Part shown: one piece after another, positions 44,401-56,264 of the stretch
Numbering within the stretch: position 1 is the stretch's first letter
Layout of the letters: each line of letters starts with the position of its first letter
Source: Macrostomum lignano
Taxonomy: Eukaryota
Assembly: GCA_002269645.1 (NCBI GenBank)
Contig: NIVC01001395.1
Coordinates: 186,001 to 250,000, forward strand
Direction: 5' to 3'
DNA length: 64,000 nt
Made by a program: the position numbers and the translations under genes
The notes under the pieces: generated by a model
The model's database searches: none
What the model saw: the letters and a program-made list of their open reading frames with translations, nothing else
What the model was told of the DNA's origin: nothing

Positions 44401-45155
44401 TCACCCCCTAGAAACCTACCCTAAATCGCCCCCTAGAAACCTACCTTAAATCACCCCCTAGAAACCTACCCTAAATCACCCCCTAGAAACCTACCTTAAA
44501 TCGCCCCCTAGAAACCTAGCCTAAATCACTCCCTAAAATCTACCCTAAATCACCCCCTAGAAACCTAGCCTAAATCACTCCCTAAAATCTACCCTAAATC
44601 ACTCCCTGAAACCCAGCTAATTAAGCGCCTAAACCTACCCACCACAAGGCTCGGTGCGTGGACTACAACCCGAACAAGCAATACTACTTAGCGAGCTCCG
44701 GAGATGATGGTGCAATCAGATTCTGGGACACCCGACAACCATCCAATCCTGTGAAGATGCTTCGCCTACACAAGCACTGGGCCTGCTGTGTTCAATTCAA
44801 CCCCTACCATGATCAATTGGTACTGTCTGGCGGTACTGACGCTAAAGTTTATCTAACTAATAATCGTAGCATCTCGTCTGAGCCGGTACTGTCTCTAGAC
44901 GACGATCTAGACGACGATCTAGACGATGATCTAGACGATTATCGGGATCGTAAATCATCGTTATCATCTAGACGACAGCAGCAGCCAGAGCTAGACGAGG
45001 ATCGCACTGTGTCAGTTGTTGAAGAACACGAGGATAGCGTCTATGCCGCTGTGTGGTGCGCAACGGATCCTTGGCTATTCGCGTCCTTGAGCTACGATGG
45101 TCGCCTAGTGATTAGTCACGTGCCTAAAAGCGAGAAGTATCGCATTTTGTTGTGA
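41424..45155 (+). CDS. EIPR1: EARP/GARP-interacting WD40 protein EIPR1 (TSSC1), ~414 aa, 3 exons
   Basis: join(41424..41686,43142..43616,44649..45155) = 1245 nt. Motifs PVIYGLETQARAL, AHNGQ-ARCVDYNPNKQYYLASSGDD, FNPYHDQLVLSGGTD, EEHEDSVYAAVW...PWLFASLSYDGRLVI..VP..EKYRILL. Confidence 0.95.
41770..42965. repeat. ~20-bp composite minisatellite (ATTTGGCGCCATTAGAATCC / ATTTGGCGTCATTTAGATCT) in EIPR1 intron 1
   Basis: About 55-60 units seen directly. Confidence 0.96.
43720..44640. repeat. 23-25-bp minisatellite (CCCTAGAAACCTACCCTAAATCAC) in EIPR1 intron 2
   Basis: Runs almost to the acceptor at 44648. Confidence 0.96.
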
Positions 45156-45234
45156 TTAATTTTGCTTTTGTTTTTATTTCTCTTTGCAATTTTGGCGCTT
45201 CCCTGACACGTTTTGGTCCCATCTGACACCTTCC

Positions 45235-45660
45235 GTTTGGCGCTAAACCTGACACCAATTAGATTGGCGCTCTATCTGACACCAATTAGATTGGCGCTAA
45301 CCCTGACACCAATTAGATTGGCGCTCCATCTGACACCAATTAGATTGACGCTAACCCTGACACCAATTAGATTGGCGCACCAATTAGATTGGCGCTTCAT
45401 CTGACACCAATCCGATTGGCGCTAACCCTGATATCAATTAGATTGGCGCTAACCCTGACATCAATTAGATTGGCGCTAGCCCTGACACCAATTAGATTAG
45501 CGCTAACCCTGACACCAATTAGATTGGCGCACCAATTAGATTGGCGCTTCATCTGACACCAATCCGATTGGCGCTAACCCTGACATCAATTAGATTGGCG
45601 CTAACCCTGACACCAATTAGATTAGCGCTAACCCTGACACCAATTAGATTGGCGCGAACC
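45235..45660. repeat. 27-bp minisatellite (GCGCTAACCCTGACACCAATTAGATTG) between EIPR1 and EAF
   Basis: About 16 units; each contains the mini-palindrome CCAAT-TAG-ATTGG. Confidence 0.95.
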
Positions 45661-46249
45661 CTGACGGGCGCTTTCCATCCGCTAGACTATTGAATCCAAA
45701 CCTGTTTAAAATCTGTTTTATTGTATTTCATGTTAGATTAACTTAATAGTGAAACATATTAACTTGTTTCTTGCGTTGTTAATTTACTTTATGCTAAAGC
45801 ATACAATTAGTCGTTAAAATATTTTTATGATTTGTTAATCTTTTGTGTTGTTAGAAGGCTTCTAAATGAATATATAGTAATTGTAAAATATATAGTGCCA
45901 ATCTGGTTAAAAATGATCTTCCTTTTTGTTTTTATGTTGTCTTCTCTCTTATACGAAAATCACATTTTAAAAAGTTCGTCTAAATATTATATCATTAATT
46001 ATTATCAATAGAGATAAAACCATATAGTATATTGTCATTTTTATATTCTACTCGTAATCATAAATCTGAGAGACTCACTGACTGAATTAAAGATTGTCTA
46101 AGAAAAAACCATTGGTATAAGTTAAGTAAGTTAAGTAGAACCGGTCCCGGTTAGTACTTTACTGATTGCCTCGGTAGAGTATTCAGTAAAGTACTCAATA
46201 AAATACTTAGTAGAATAGTGAGTAGATTAATCAATGGTATACTCAGTAG

Positions 46250-46335
46250 ATTACTCAGTAGATTACTCAGTAGAGTACTCAGTAGAGTACTCAGTAGAGT
46301 ACTCAGTAGAGTACTCAGTAGAGTACTCAGTAGAA
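46250..46335. repeat. 12-bp repeat (ACTCAGTAGAGT)n upstream of EAF
   Basis: Seen directly. Confidence 0.85.
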
Positions 46336-46457
46336 TACTAATCGCTATAACTTACGTATCCTAAATAATTTGTGACCATAATTTCTATGCATGATTTTCA
46401 CAATAGAAACATTGACGTTTAAGAATCATAAATCTTAGAAGTATTGACACCGATCGG

Positions 46458-47672
46458 ATGTCTTCATCGTCTGACACTTCGCTGGCATCAGCCATGCGCG
46501 GTCGGTACACGCTGAAGATTGGCGACACGTTCGGTTCAACACCGGCCGCCAGGAATCGAGCAAGTTTCTCTACGTTTCGCTACGACTTCATGCCAGCCAG
46601 TGTGGACCAGTCTAAGCCGGGTCTGGTTGAGGTCGGCTCTACAGACGATGTCACGGTTTCGCTTGCTCACGGCTCCGCTAGCAGTCTGTCGCACACGATT
46701 TTCAAAGGTCACAAGCGTCCGTGTCACAAGGATGCCGTGTTAATTCTTGACCCGATCACTCGCGAGGCTCGTATTGAGCGAGTGAATTTGAACGTACAAT
46801 TAAAGAAGGCTAGGATTGAAGTGTGCCAATTAGATTTGGTTGAAAAGAAGCTGGGCATGAAAGCGGCTGAAGCGGCATCGGCGGCTACAACTGGGCCGAA
46901 AAAGTCTTCTTCTTCTAGTGGCACTGTTTCTGGTTCGAATAGTCACAAGCAGCCGTCTGTGCAAGCTTCCCATAGAAAGATATCGTCTAGTGAGATTGGT
47001 AAAAGCAAGCCCGAGAAAGCTGCCTCACAGCAGCAACAGCAGCAGCCACAGAAGAAAAAGAAAAAGAAACACGAGCACGGGACAGACACGGAAGCCGAAG
47101 CTGAGGCTAAACGCGAACGTGAACGCGAAAAAGAACGAGAGAAAGAGAGGGAAAGAGAACGGGAGAGAGAGCGAGAGCAGGAGAGAGAAAAGAAGAAAGC
47201 TCAAAAGAAGAAGGAACTGGAGCAGCAGCAGAAAAAGCAGCCACAACCGCCGGTTGCTAAAAAGTCGAAATCTGAAAAAGTTGTGGCCGCCGCCACTCTT
47301 TCTGATGCTTCATCGGTGTCTTCAGTTTCATCTTCTTCGTTATCCTCATCAGACGATGACGATTCAGATGCTAAGAAGCCTACTCAAGCCCCGCAGAAGC
47401 CGAAATTAAAGAAACAACAACAAAAGTCTTCTCAACCGGCTAAGCCGGCAGTTTTAAATTCTAACGATGATGACGATTCTGTCTCGTCTGATTCTTCCGC
47501 CTCTTCCGATGAACAATTCGTCGAAGTCGTCAGTCAGCCTCCACCGCAGCCTGCAACAACAGCTGCTGCTGTTACTGTTACCACCGCAACATCTGCCGCT
47601 CCAACGAAAGTGCTCAGCGATTTGGAATTGTTGCAGAATGATCTACAGCTTAGCGATAGCGATAGCGATTGA
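46458..47672 (+). CDS. EAF: ELL-associated factor (EAF1/EAF2 family), 404 aa, intronless
   Basis: FSTFRYDFMPASVD, IFKGHKRPCHKDAVLILD, ERVNLNVQLKKAR; C-terminal LQNDLQLSDSDSD; low-complexity central region. Confidence 0.92.
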   Translation: MSSSSDTSLASAMRGRYTLKIGDTFGSTPAARNRASFSTFRYDFMPASVDQSKPGLVEVGSTDDVTVSLAHGSASSLSHTIFKGHKRPCHKDAVLILDPITREARIERVNLNVQLKKARIEVCQLDLVEKKLGMKAAEAASAATTGPKKSSSSSGTVSGSNSHKQPSVQASHRKISSSEIGKSKPEKAASQQQQQQPQKKKKKKHEHGTDTEAEAEAKREREREKEREKEREREREREREQEREKKKAQKKKELEQQQKKQPQPPVAKKSKSEKVVAAATLSDASSVSSVSSSSLSSSDDDDSDAKKPTQAPQKPKLKKQQQKSSQPAKPAVLNSNDDDDSVSSDSSASSDEQFVEVVSQPPPQPATTAAAVTVTTATSAAPTKVLSDLELLQNDLQLSDSDSD

Positions 47673-47888
47673 TGATGAAGTGAACACATTCGATTTGATC
47701 GTGCTCGGGCTAGAATATGTACTATAAAAAATTTGATTTAAATCGTCAGTCTAACCACATCAGTAATAACATAACTACGCCTTGTATACACTGTGATTTG
47801 CTATAAAATGAGGCTAATGTTTATTGAAAAGTATCGATACACGATCGTACAAAAACGTCTGAATCTATCTTAAAAAATTCGACTAAAC

Positions 47889-48128
47889 CAGGGGTCGGCA
47901 CCCTTTTTACCTCAAGATAAAAAACCCAGCGCATGACTGCCGGACAGAAGAGGGGGGGAGAGCAGAGGGAATAGGGAAAAGAGATGGGATAAAGGAGAGG
48001 CGAGGAAATAACAGAAGAGAGAAGAGAGATCAGAGAACCCTTGGGCCGGTCGGTTTGCTATTGTGAGGTTTAATAGGACCCGAGGGCCGAATAGAGAGGC
48101 TTTGTGGGCCGAAGTTTTCCGCCTCCTG
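47889..48128. mobile_element. Degenerate hAT-like MITE
   Basis: CAGGGGTCGGCACCCT versus CAGGAGGCGGAAAACT (reverse complement of the right end). Subterminal cggccc motif is shared with ~26650..26720. TSD is only a 5/8 match. Confidence 0.4.
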
Positions 48129-48379
48129 AGGTAAACATTCTCTTCAAGACCTCACTCTGACTTGCGTAGTACGCCTTGGAGTGGAGTGGTACTCCTTGAA
48201 CAAGATTGGTGGTTATTGTTCTAGAGTGACGCTCCTTGTGTCCAGAGTGGCATGTTGTAGGATGATGAAAAAGATGAAGAGAAGCCCGTTGCATTTAATT
48301 TAAAACAGAACAGACAAATAAAAATTTAATTTAATTTTCAATCGAAATTTTGGGGTTCAAAGAAAAGCAAATTAAGAAA

Positions 48380-48566
48380 GAGCCTGTCAACTTAAGCTCA
48401 TGAAGTGGAGCCCAAGTAACCTATTTGCACGAATGATACGTCATTCTGCTCACAGTGACACTTGGAAGCTAAGTTTGGTAAAAAAGCAACAAAATAGGAC
48501 TTCGGATACAGAACAAGCAAGGGGATGATAAGAGACACCACTTTATGAACTTAAGTTGACAGGCCC
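48380..48566. mobile_element. Small MITE with ~30-bp imperfect TIRs
   Basis: GAGCCTGTCAACTTAAGCTCATGAAGTGG versus the reverse complement of CCACTTTATGAACTTAAGTTGACAGGCCC; TTAA near both ends. Confidence 0.6.
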
Positions 48567-48828
48567 TTTAAATTTTCTTATGATTTATAATGCCTTGAAC
48601 TCCGTTAGCCTGCAGAAGAACGTGAGAGGGGATTACACTTTTCATAATTATTGACCCCTTGTCTGAATTTGTTTTAATAAAATCTAACATAAGTTTTTGT
48701 CTGCTTTCCTAGTTAAATGTGACATGTTCCATTGCATACTCTAAAATTGATTGCATTCAATAAATTATATAATCACGGTGATTGTTATCATTTTAATGTG
48801 CAGTTCGGCCTTTCATAATTGTTAACAT

Positions 48829-51800
48829 ATGTTAAAATTGTTAAAAAAAATAAAAAAAGTATTTATTTAAATTTAGATATTATCTTAGCAAGTGACATAA
48901 CAAGTTAAGCAGTCCCAGGTCTCAGGAAGTAGGCATGGGAGTACAGGAAGTAGACACGGGAGTACAGGAAGTGGACATGGGAGTACAGGAAGTAGACATG
49001 GGGGCACAGGAAGTAGACAAGGGACCACAGGAAGTAGACATGGGGGCACAGGAAGTAGACATGGGAGTAAAGGAAGTAGACATGAGAGTACAGGAAGTAG
49101 ACATGGGAGTACAGGAAGTAGACATGAGAGTACAGGAAGTAGACATGGGAGTACAGGAAGTAGACATGGGAGTACAGGAAGTAGACATGAGAGTACAGGA
49201 AGTAGACATGGGAGTACAGGAAGTAGACATGGGAGTACAGGAAGTAGACATGGGAGTACAGGAAGTAGACATGGGAGTACAGGAAGTAGACATGAGAGTA
49301 CAGGAAGTAGACATGGGAGTACAGGAAGTAGACATGGGAGTACAGGAAGTAGACATGGGAGTACAGGAAGTTGACATGGGAGTACAGGAAGTAGACATAG
49401 GGGTACAGGAAGTAGACATAGGAGTACAGGAAGTAGACATGGGAGTACAGGAAGTAGACATGGGAGTACAGGAAGTAGACATGGGAGTACAGGAAGTAGA
49501 CATGGGGGTACAGGGAGTAGACATGGGGGTACAGGAAGTAGACATAGGGGTACAGGAAGTAGACATAGGAGTACAGGAAGTAGACATGGGAGTACAGGAA
49601 GTAGACATGGGAGTACAGGAAGTAGACATGGGAGTACAGGAAGTAGACATGGGAGTACAGGAAGTAGACATGGGAGTACAGGAAGTAGACATGGGGGTAC
49701 AGGGAGTAGACATGGGGGTACAGGAAGTAGACATGGGGGTACAGGAAGTAGACATGGGGGTACAGGAAGTAGACATGGGAGTACAGAAAGTAGACATGGG
49801 GGTACAGGAAGTAGACATGGGGTACAGGAAGTAGACATGGGGGTACAGGAAGTAGGCATGGGGTACAGGAAGTAGACATGGGGGTACAGGAAGTAGACAT
49901 GGGGGTACAGGAAGTAGACATGGGGCTACAGGAAGTAGACACAGGAGTACAGGAAGCAGACATAGGAGTACAGGAAGCAGACATAGGAGTACAGGAAGCA
50001 GACATAGGGGTACAGGAAAGTACAAGTTTGCGCGCTCGCAACTGTTAAATTTCTTCTTCTAGCAGTCCAGCTTTCATTGTCAACGAGCGGTGCTGCTCCT
50101 ACAGCCACTTCGCTGCTTGAGAAATCCGCATTACCCTTTGCTAGAAGCAGCAAGCCAACATGCTTTCAAATACACGACAGTGCAACGCGGCTACTCCAAC
50201 TCTTACAAAGGTCGCGATAGCGACGCTCCTCGTAACAAATGGTTTCTAGCATTTCCAGCAATCTGCTTCTGTTTAGGCACCTGGCAGGTTTATCGACGGC
50301 AATGGAAATTGGATTTGATTGAATCGTTGAATAGGAGAACTACTCAACCGCCTCTGATTGTTGATGGCGGCTCGGTGAGGGAGCTGATGGCTAAGTCTTT
50401 AGACGACATGGAGTTCAGACCTGTTAGAATTATAGGCGAATTCGATCACAATGGCGAGGTTCTGATTGGACCGCGGCATCTTATCGATCCGAAATCAAGT
50501 GCTGGTGCTGACGGTCAGTTTTGATAATAATATATTTCATACTAATTAGTAGCTAGTGAGAGATATAAAGCCAGTATTTTATAGAGTTCTAATTGATTTT
50601 TAAAAAGTTGTACTGTTTTAGCTAATAGATAAAACGCTTATGGGTAAGATAAAACACTAATAAGGACAAGATTGGTGGTTATTGTTCTAGAGTGACGCTC
50701 CTTGTGTCCAGAGTTTTAACAAAGTAGGTAAGACACTATCTGATACGGTAAAAAGGTAATATACTAACTAGGATAATTGGTAATACGCTAATTAGAGAAT
50801 TATGTGCAATGTACTAATAAGGGTAATAGGTATAATGCACTAATAAGGGTAATAGGTATAATGCACTAATAAGGGTAATAGGTAATACACTAATTAGGGT
50901 AATAGATAATTAGGGTAATTAGATAATTAAATAATTAGGTAATTAGGGTGATAGTTAATACACTAATTAGGGTAGTAGGTAATACACTAATTAGGGTAAT
51001 AGGTAATACACTAATTAGGATAATTAGTAATACACTAATTAGGGTAATAGGTAATACAACTAATTAGGGTAATAGGAAATATACTATCTGATACGGTAAT
51101 AGGTAATACACTAATTAGGATAGTTAGTAATACACTAATTAGGGTAATAGGTAATGCACTAATTAGGATAATTAGTAATACACTAATTAGGGTAATAGGT
51201 AATACAACTAATTAGGGTAATAGGAAATATACTATCTGATACGGTAATACGAGCTAGGTAATACACTATCTGATACGGTAATAGGTAATACACTAATTAG
51301 GGTAATAGATAATACACTAATTAGGGCCATAGGTAATACACTAATACGGTAATAGATATTTAAAAACACTAATAAAACTCTATCATAACACAAACACCTG
51401 TGCAGGCGGCAACAGTCTATTCTCTAGCGGAGCCGGGGTTGGCTATCACGTGATCACTCCGTTCCGATTGGCTGATAGCGGCGAGCGTGTCCTGGTGAAT
51501 CGCGGCTGGGTACCGGCTAAGCTGGCCGATCCAGCTACCAGGCCGCAATGGCAGCAGAGAGGCCGAGTGGAATTGATCGGTTTGGTGAGGCTGACTGAAC
51601 CGGCTGGATTGGTTGGAGGCTATCTTGTCGGTGAGGAGCTGTTGATGCTGCTGGTCCATGCTTGAATAAATTTAAGATACATGTTGGGTGAGGAAGGTGA
51701 AGGGAGCATGGAGACAAGGGTCAGAGATGAAGGCAGCATGCTGGGAAGGGTCAGAGATGAAGGCAGCATGTTGGGAAGGGTCAGAGATGAAGGCAGCATG

Positions 51801-52890
51801 TTGGGAAGGGTCAGAGATGAAGGCAGCATGTTGGGAAGGGTCAGAGATGAAGGCAGCATGTTGGGAAGGGTCAGCGATGAAGGCAGCATGTTGGTAAGGG
51901 CTAGAGATGAAGGCAGCATGCTGGGAAGGGTCAGAGATGAAGGCAGCATGTTGGGAAGGGTCAGAGATGAAGGCAGCATGCTGGGAAGGGTCAGAGATGA
52001 AGGCAGCATGTTGGGAAGGGTCAGAGATGAAGGCAGCATGTTGGGAAGGGTCAGCGATGAAGGCAGCATGTTGGGAAGGGTCAGCGATGAAGGCAGCATG
52101 TTGGGAAGGGTCAGCGATGAAGGCAGCATGTTGGGAAGGGTCAGAGATGAAGGCAGCATGCTGGGAAGGGTCAGCGATGAAGGCAGCATGTTGGGAAGGG
52201 TCAGCGATGAAGGCAGCATGTTGGGAAGGGTCAGCGATGAAGGCAGCATGTTGGGAAGGGTCAGAGATGAAGGCAGCATGTTGGGAAGGGTCAGCGATGA
52301 AGGCAGCATGTTGGTAAGGGCTAGAGATGAAGGCAGCATGCTGGGAAGGGTCAGAGATGAAGGCAGCATGTTGGGAAGGGTCAGAGATGAAGGCAGCATG
52401 CTGGGAAGGGTCAGAGATGAAGGCAGCATGTTGGGAAGGGTCAGAGATGAAGGCAGCATGCTGGGAAGGGTCAGAGATGAAGGCAGCATGTTGGGAAGGG
52501 TCAGAGATGAAGGCAGCATGCTTGGAAGGGTCAGAGATGAAGGCAGCATGTTGGGAAGGGTCAGAGATGAAGCCAGCATGCCTTGAATCGCCCGCAGACG
52601 CCCGCAGCCCGGCCAACAGCGGCGCTGTCGGGCCTCAGTCTCGGAGTGCTCGCCGCGGCGTCACCTGCCGCATACGCCGCGATGTCGAGGCTCTGAGCGG
52701 CGAGCTCAACACCCTGCCATTCTTTGTTGACGCATGCGCTTCTGGCGTGGATTCTAGCGAATCAGCTGGCACTTTTCCTATTGGCGGGCAGACCAGACTG
52801 AGCTTGCGTAACGAGCACCTGTCCTATATTGTTACCTGGTATTCTCTGGGCGCGCTGCTGCTGGTGTTCTGGGCTATGCGAATTCGATGA
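48829..52890 (+). CDS. SURF1: Surfeit locus protein 1 (cytochrome c oxidase assembly), ~332 aa
   Basis: join(48829..48858 [tentative first exon],50063..50513,51406..51630,52598..52890). Motifs LGTWQVYRRQWKLDLI, EFRPV...GEFDH..EVLIGPR, GYHVITPF, LVNRGWVP, PIGGQTRLSLRNEHLSYIVTWYSL. Confidence 0.9.
48920..50010. repeat. 21-bp minisatellite (GGGAGTACAGGAAGTAGACAT)n
   Basis: About 52 units; source of the VQEVDMG/STSCTPM spurious ORFs. Confidence 0.98.
50810..51345. repeat. ~24-bp minisatellite (TAATTAGGGTAATAGGTAATACAC) in a SURF1 intron
   Basis: Seen directly in intron 50514..51405. Confidence 0.9.
51715..52582. repeat. 30-bp minisatellite (GGTCAGAGATGAAGGCAGCATGTTGGGAAG)n in a SURF1 intron
   Basis: About 29 near-identical units in intron 51631..52597. 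Confidence 0.98.
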
Positions 52891-53046
52891 TGGAAGATAC
52901 ATCATAATCTGTGTACTATACATATGCTCTCAGAATTATTTTAGTACTTTATTGGCCTATTAAATTATTGTGCTTTTTTAAATAGGCTTCTTACCTGGTT
53001 TTTCGTTCTTGACTATTTATTTTTCTTTGTTTTAGACATCATTGAG

Positions 53047-53330
53047 TTGCTGGGCCAGCCTCCCAGATCCCCAGTTGCTGAGCCAGCAGCTTCCCATAGT
53101 GTCATTAGCTGGGCCAGCCTCCCAGATCCCCAGTTGCTGGGCCAGCCTCCCAGATCCCCAGTTGCTGGGCCAGCCTCCCAGATCCTCAGTTGCTGGGCCA
53201 GCCTCCCAGATCCCCAGTTGCTGAGCCAGCCTCCCAGATCCCCAGTTTCTGGGCCAGCCTCCCAGATCCCCAGTTGCTGGGCCAGCCTCCCAGATCCTCA
53301 GTTGCTGGGCCAGCCTCCCAGATCCCCAGT
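53047..53330. repeat. 28-bp minisatellite (GCTGGGCCAGCCTCCCAGATCCCCAGTT) between SURF1 and GTF2H2
   Basis: About 10 units ending ~75 nt before the GTF2H2 ATG. Confidence 0.94.
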
Positions 53331-53405
53331 GAATCATATTGCCAGTCAGTCAAGCAGGCACAGCCCCCATGCTTATTCCAGCCAAGAGTTTGAACAGCAA
53401 ACAGC

Positions 53406-55433
53406 ATGGCAAACTACGGATTCGCAAAGCCGTCTGCGCGACCCACAGCGGGCACCAGCGGCTACCGGCTTCAGGACGAGGATGCGGCCGCGCTCTCTGG
53501 CGGCGGCTTTCGCTGGGAGTCGCAGTTCGAGCGCTCCTGGGAGGCCCTGGCTGAGGATGAGGAGGGTCGCCTGGCTGGGGCTGTTGGGCGTCTGGAGCAG
53601 GTGGGTGAATTGTTATTGGGCTCATTGGACTTATTTAGTTAGCTAGTCAGTCAGTCAGTCAGCCAGCCAGCCAGTCAGTCAGTCAGTCAGTCAGTCAGTC
53701 AGTCAGTCAGTCAGTCAGCCAGTCAGTCAGTCAGCATCAAACCCCAAACGCCGCAGGCCCGCAAGCGCCGGCACCGTCTCGCAGCGGCAGCCCTGCTACC
53801 CGGCGGCGGTGGCCGGGCCAGCAAGCTGGGCATGATGCGGCATCTGCTGCTGTGCCTGGACTGCTCAGAGACCATGGGCTTGGCCGATCTCAAACCCTGC
53901 CGTTTAGCCGCCTGCCTATCCGCAATGCGCAACTTCGTGTCCGGATTCTTCGATCAGAATCCCATCGGACAGCTGGGCGTGCTGCTGACCAGACGGAAGC
54001 TGGCGGAGAGAGTGACCGAGCTCACTGGCAATCCCAGGCGACATTTGGACGCGCTAAAAGATTTGGCTCAAGCCGGCTCGGGCAAAACCGCCCGTCCCGA
54101 AGGGGAGGCGTCATTTCAGAATCTGCTGGAGATGGCCTACGACACGCTGGGCCCCCTGCCAGGCCACGCCTGCAAAGAGGTGCTCGTGCTGGTGTCAGCC
54201 TTGAGCACCTGCGATCCGGGAGATATCGGTGCGACCATTAGCAAACTGGCCAAGGCTAGGATCAGGTGTTCGGTGAGTGAATCATTTCTGTCTGCCTTTT
54301 TTTCTTTTATTGTTACTGTTTTTCAAGTCCTCTAGATCTGTACCCTTCCTACCCTCCTTTCCCTCTACCCGCTTTCCTCTAATTACCCTCCTTCCCCTCT
54401 ACCCGCTTTCCCCTCTATACCCTCTTTCCCCTCTCTATCCGCTTTCCCCTCTCTACCCACCTTCCCCTCTGCCCGCTTTCCCCTGTCTACCCACCTTCCC
54501 CTCTCTACCCGCCTTCCCCTGTCTACCCACCTTCCCCTCTCTACCCGCTTTCCGCTCTACCTGATTTCCGCTCTCTCTCGCGTCCCCGCTTCCCTTTCTC
54601 TCATTTTACCCTCTCCCCCTTAGATCTCTCCCCTCTATCCTCACTCTCGTCTATCCTTTCTCTACCCTCTTTACCCTCTTTCTACTTTCTCCCAACGCTT
54701 TCCTTCCTAGCCTCTCTCCATCTCTCTGTCTCTTTTCCGCCATGATGCGTCAAGGGCAAAGTACAAGCTCTAGGGAGTGGTTTTACCTTCTAAACCCTGC
54801 CAATTGGCGTCCCTTTCCCATAAATTGCCCAATTAACAGGTAATATCTCTGTCAGCGGATATTCGCGTATTGCGCAAACTCGCCCAGGCCACTGGCGGCA
54901 CCTACTCTGTGCCGCTAGACGCTGTCCATCTGTCCGACATCATGTCCAGCTTCCTGCCGCCACCGGCCAGCGCTCCCGATCCCGCTCTGATCAAAATGGG
55001 CTTCCCTTACTCGGCTGGGCAGGATGGCCAGGAGCAGCCGGGATCCCAGCAGGATGTCATCCGCATTTGCGCCTGTCACGGCACCGTACTATCCGCCGGG
55101 GCCACCGCTCACGCCTGCCCCCAGTGCGCCTGTCTTTACTGCGAGCTGCCGGTTGATTGTCGGATTTGCGGATTAAGCTTGGCCAGCGCCGCTCACCTGG
55201 CCAGATCCTATCAGCACCTGTTCCCGTTGAAGGCATTCGCCGAGGTCACCTTGGCGGCCAGTACGGGCTGTTGCGGATGTGGCGACAGACTAGGCGCTAG
55301 CACGGAAGCCTACCAGTGCAGCGACTGTCGGTCTCATTATTGTATCGATTGCGATCGGCTGTTGCACGACTCTTTGCACTCTTGCCCAGTTTGTTTGCAG
55401 ACTTTGTCGGTTAAAACTACTATCGCTACTTAG
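53406..55433 (+). CDS. GTF2H2: TFIIH subunit p44 (Ssl1), ~434 aa, 3 exons
   Basis: join(53406..53600,53757..54272,54840..55433) = 1305 nt. Motifs FRWESQFERSWE, LGMMRHL...DLKP.R, FFDQNPIGQLG, LSTCDPGDI, LIKMGFP, CPQC..LYCELPVDCRICGLSL..A.HLARSYQHLFPL, C-terminal C4C4 (YCIDCD...HDSLHSCPVC). Confidence 0.96.
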
Positions 55434-55974
55434 TAGTATATAAAAGAATAATATTTGTGCGCTAACAAAACTTTTGTACCTGAGCCAGTAAGTAACTTGC
55501 TTGATAAAGATTCAGAACACCGGGAGTAAAGTAGATAAGTAGTCTTTATCTTTATTCAACACATTGGTTCACAGTGAGAGGTCCAGTGGTACATGCATAA
55601 GTCATACGTCAAGCATTTAAAACTATGTTTGCTCTAATAATACACAATACAATAACTGCCTAATCGATGCAAAAGTATTTCATACGTTGTGACAGGTGTT
55701 TTTTTACTTTATTAACTCTCTTCTGTGCCTTACATTTGTTTATTTTCATAAGTAGCATTCATAGGAATACTTTAGTTAAACTAATTTAGGCTTTCTATAT
55801 TGTCTAATACAATTAGGTCTACCGCTGTAGTCTCAGTTATTCTGTTAAAACGCTTAATATTTAGTATATAGGACTAGCAGCTTAGCCCCCATCGGGGGTA
55901 ACTTACGCTGACAACATTAGAACTGAAATTTGTCATTTTTGTCATCTAAAATCATTAAGATCAACCGCTACGGC

Positions 55975-56192
55975 GGTTGCAGCCTAGTGGTTATTAGAGC
56001 GTCGGATTCACGACTAAAAGGTCCCGGGGTTCGATTCTCGACCCACTCACAACAATTTGTGTCCTTGTGCAAGACACATTAACTCTGCATTGCTGCAGTT
56101 CACCCAGCTGTAGAATGGGTGCCCCCCAGTCCTTGGAGTGGAGCAATAACTACGGCTGAGCTGTCGGTTGTACATCTGGCTATTGGGTCAGG
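55975..56192 (+). mobile_element. tRNA-derived SINE, copy 3
   Basis: Head GGTTGCAGCCTAGTGG...GGTTCGATTC; body GTGTCCTTGTGCAAGACACATTAAC...CACCCAGCTGTAGAATGGGT; tail matches copies 1 and 2. Confidence 0.82.
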
Positions 56193-56264
56193 TGTAATTA
56201 ATTATCATGTGTTTCTAATATATTTTAACTCCATCTATTTGCATGTGTCAACTCTACAACCGCA

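Noticed and set aside
41770-45660. Regularly spaced short repeats superficially like CRISPR arrays
   Set aside because: Contiguous tandem units with no unique spacers, eukaryotic intronic/intergenic context, no cas genes
48885-50041. Long ORFs of 299-378 aa (VQEVDMG, STSCTPM, HVYFLYS)
   Set aside because: Translations of the 21-bp minisatellite, open in several frames on both strands and located in a probable SURF1 intron
51620-52616. ORFs of ~300 aa (MLGRVRDEGS, QHAAFISDPS)
   Set aside because: 30-bp intronic minisatellite; SURF1 splices around it
55975-56050. tRNA-like sequence with A and B boxes
   Set aside because: No proper acceptor stem, and it continues into a SINE body shared with two other copies
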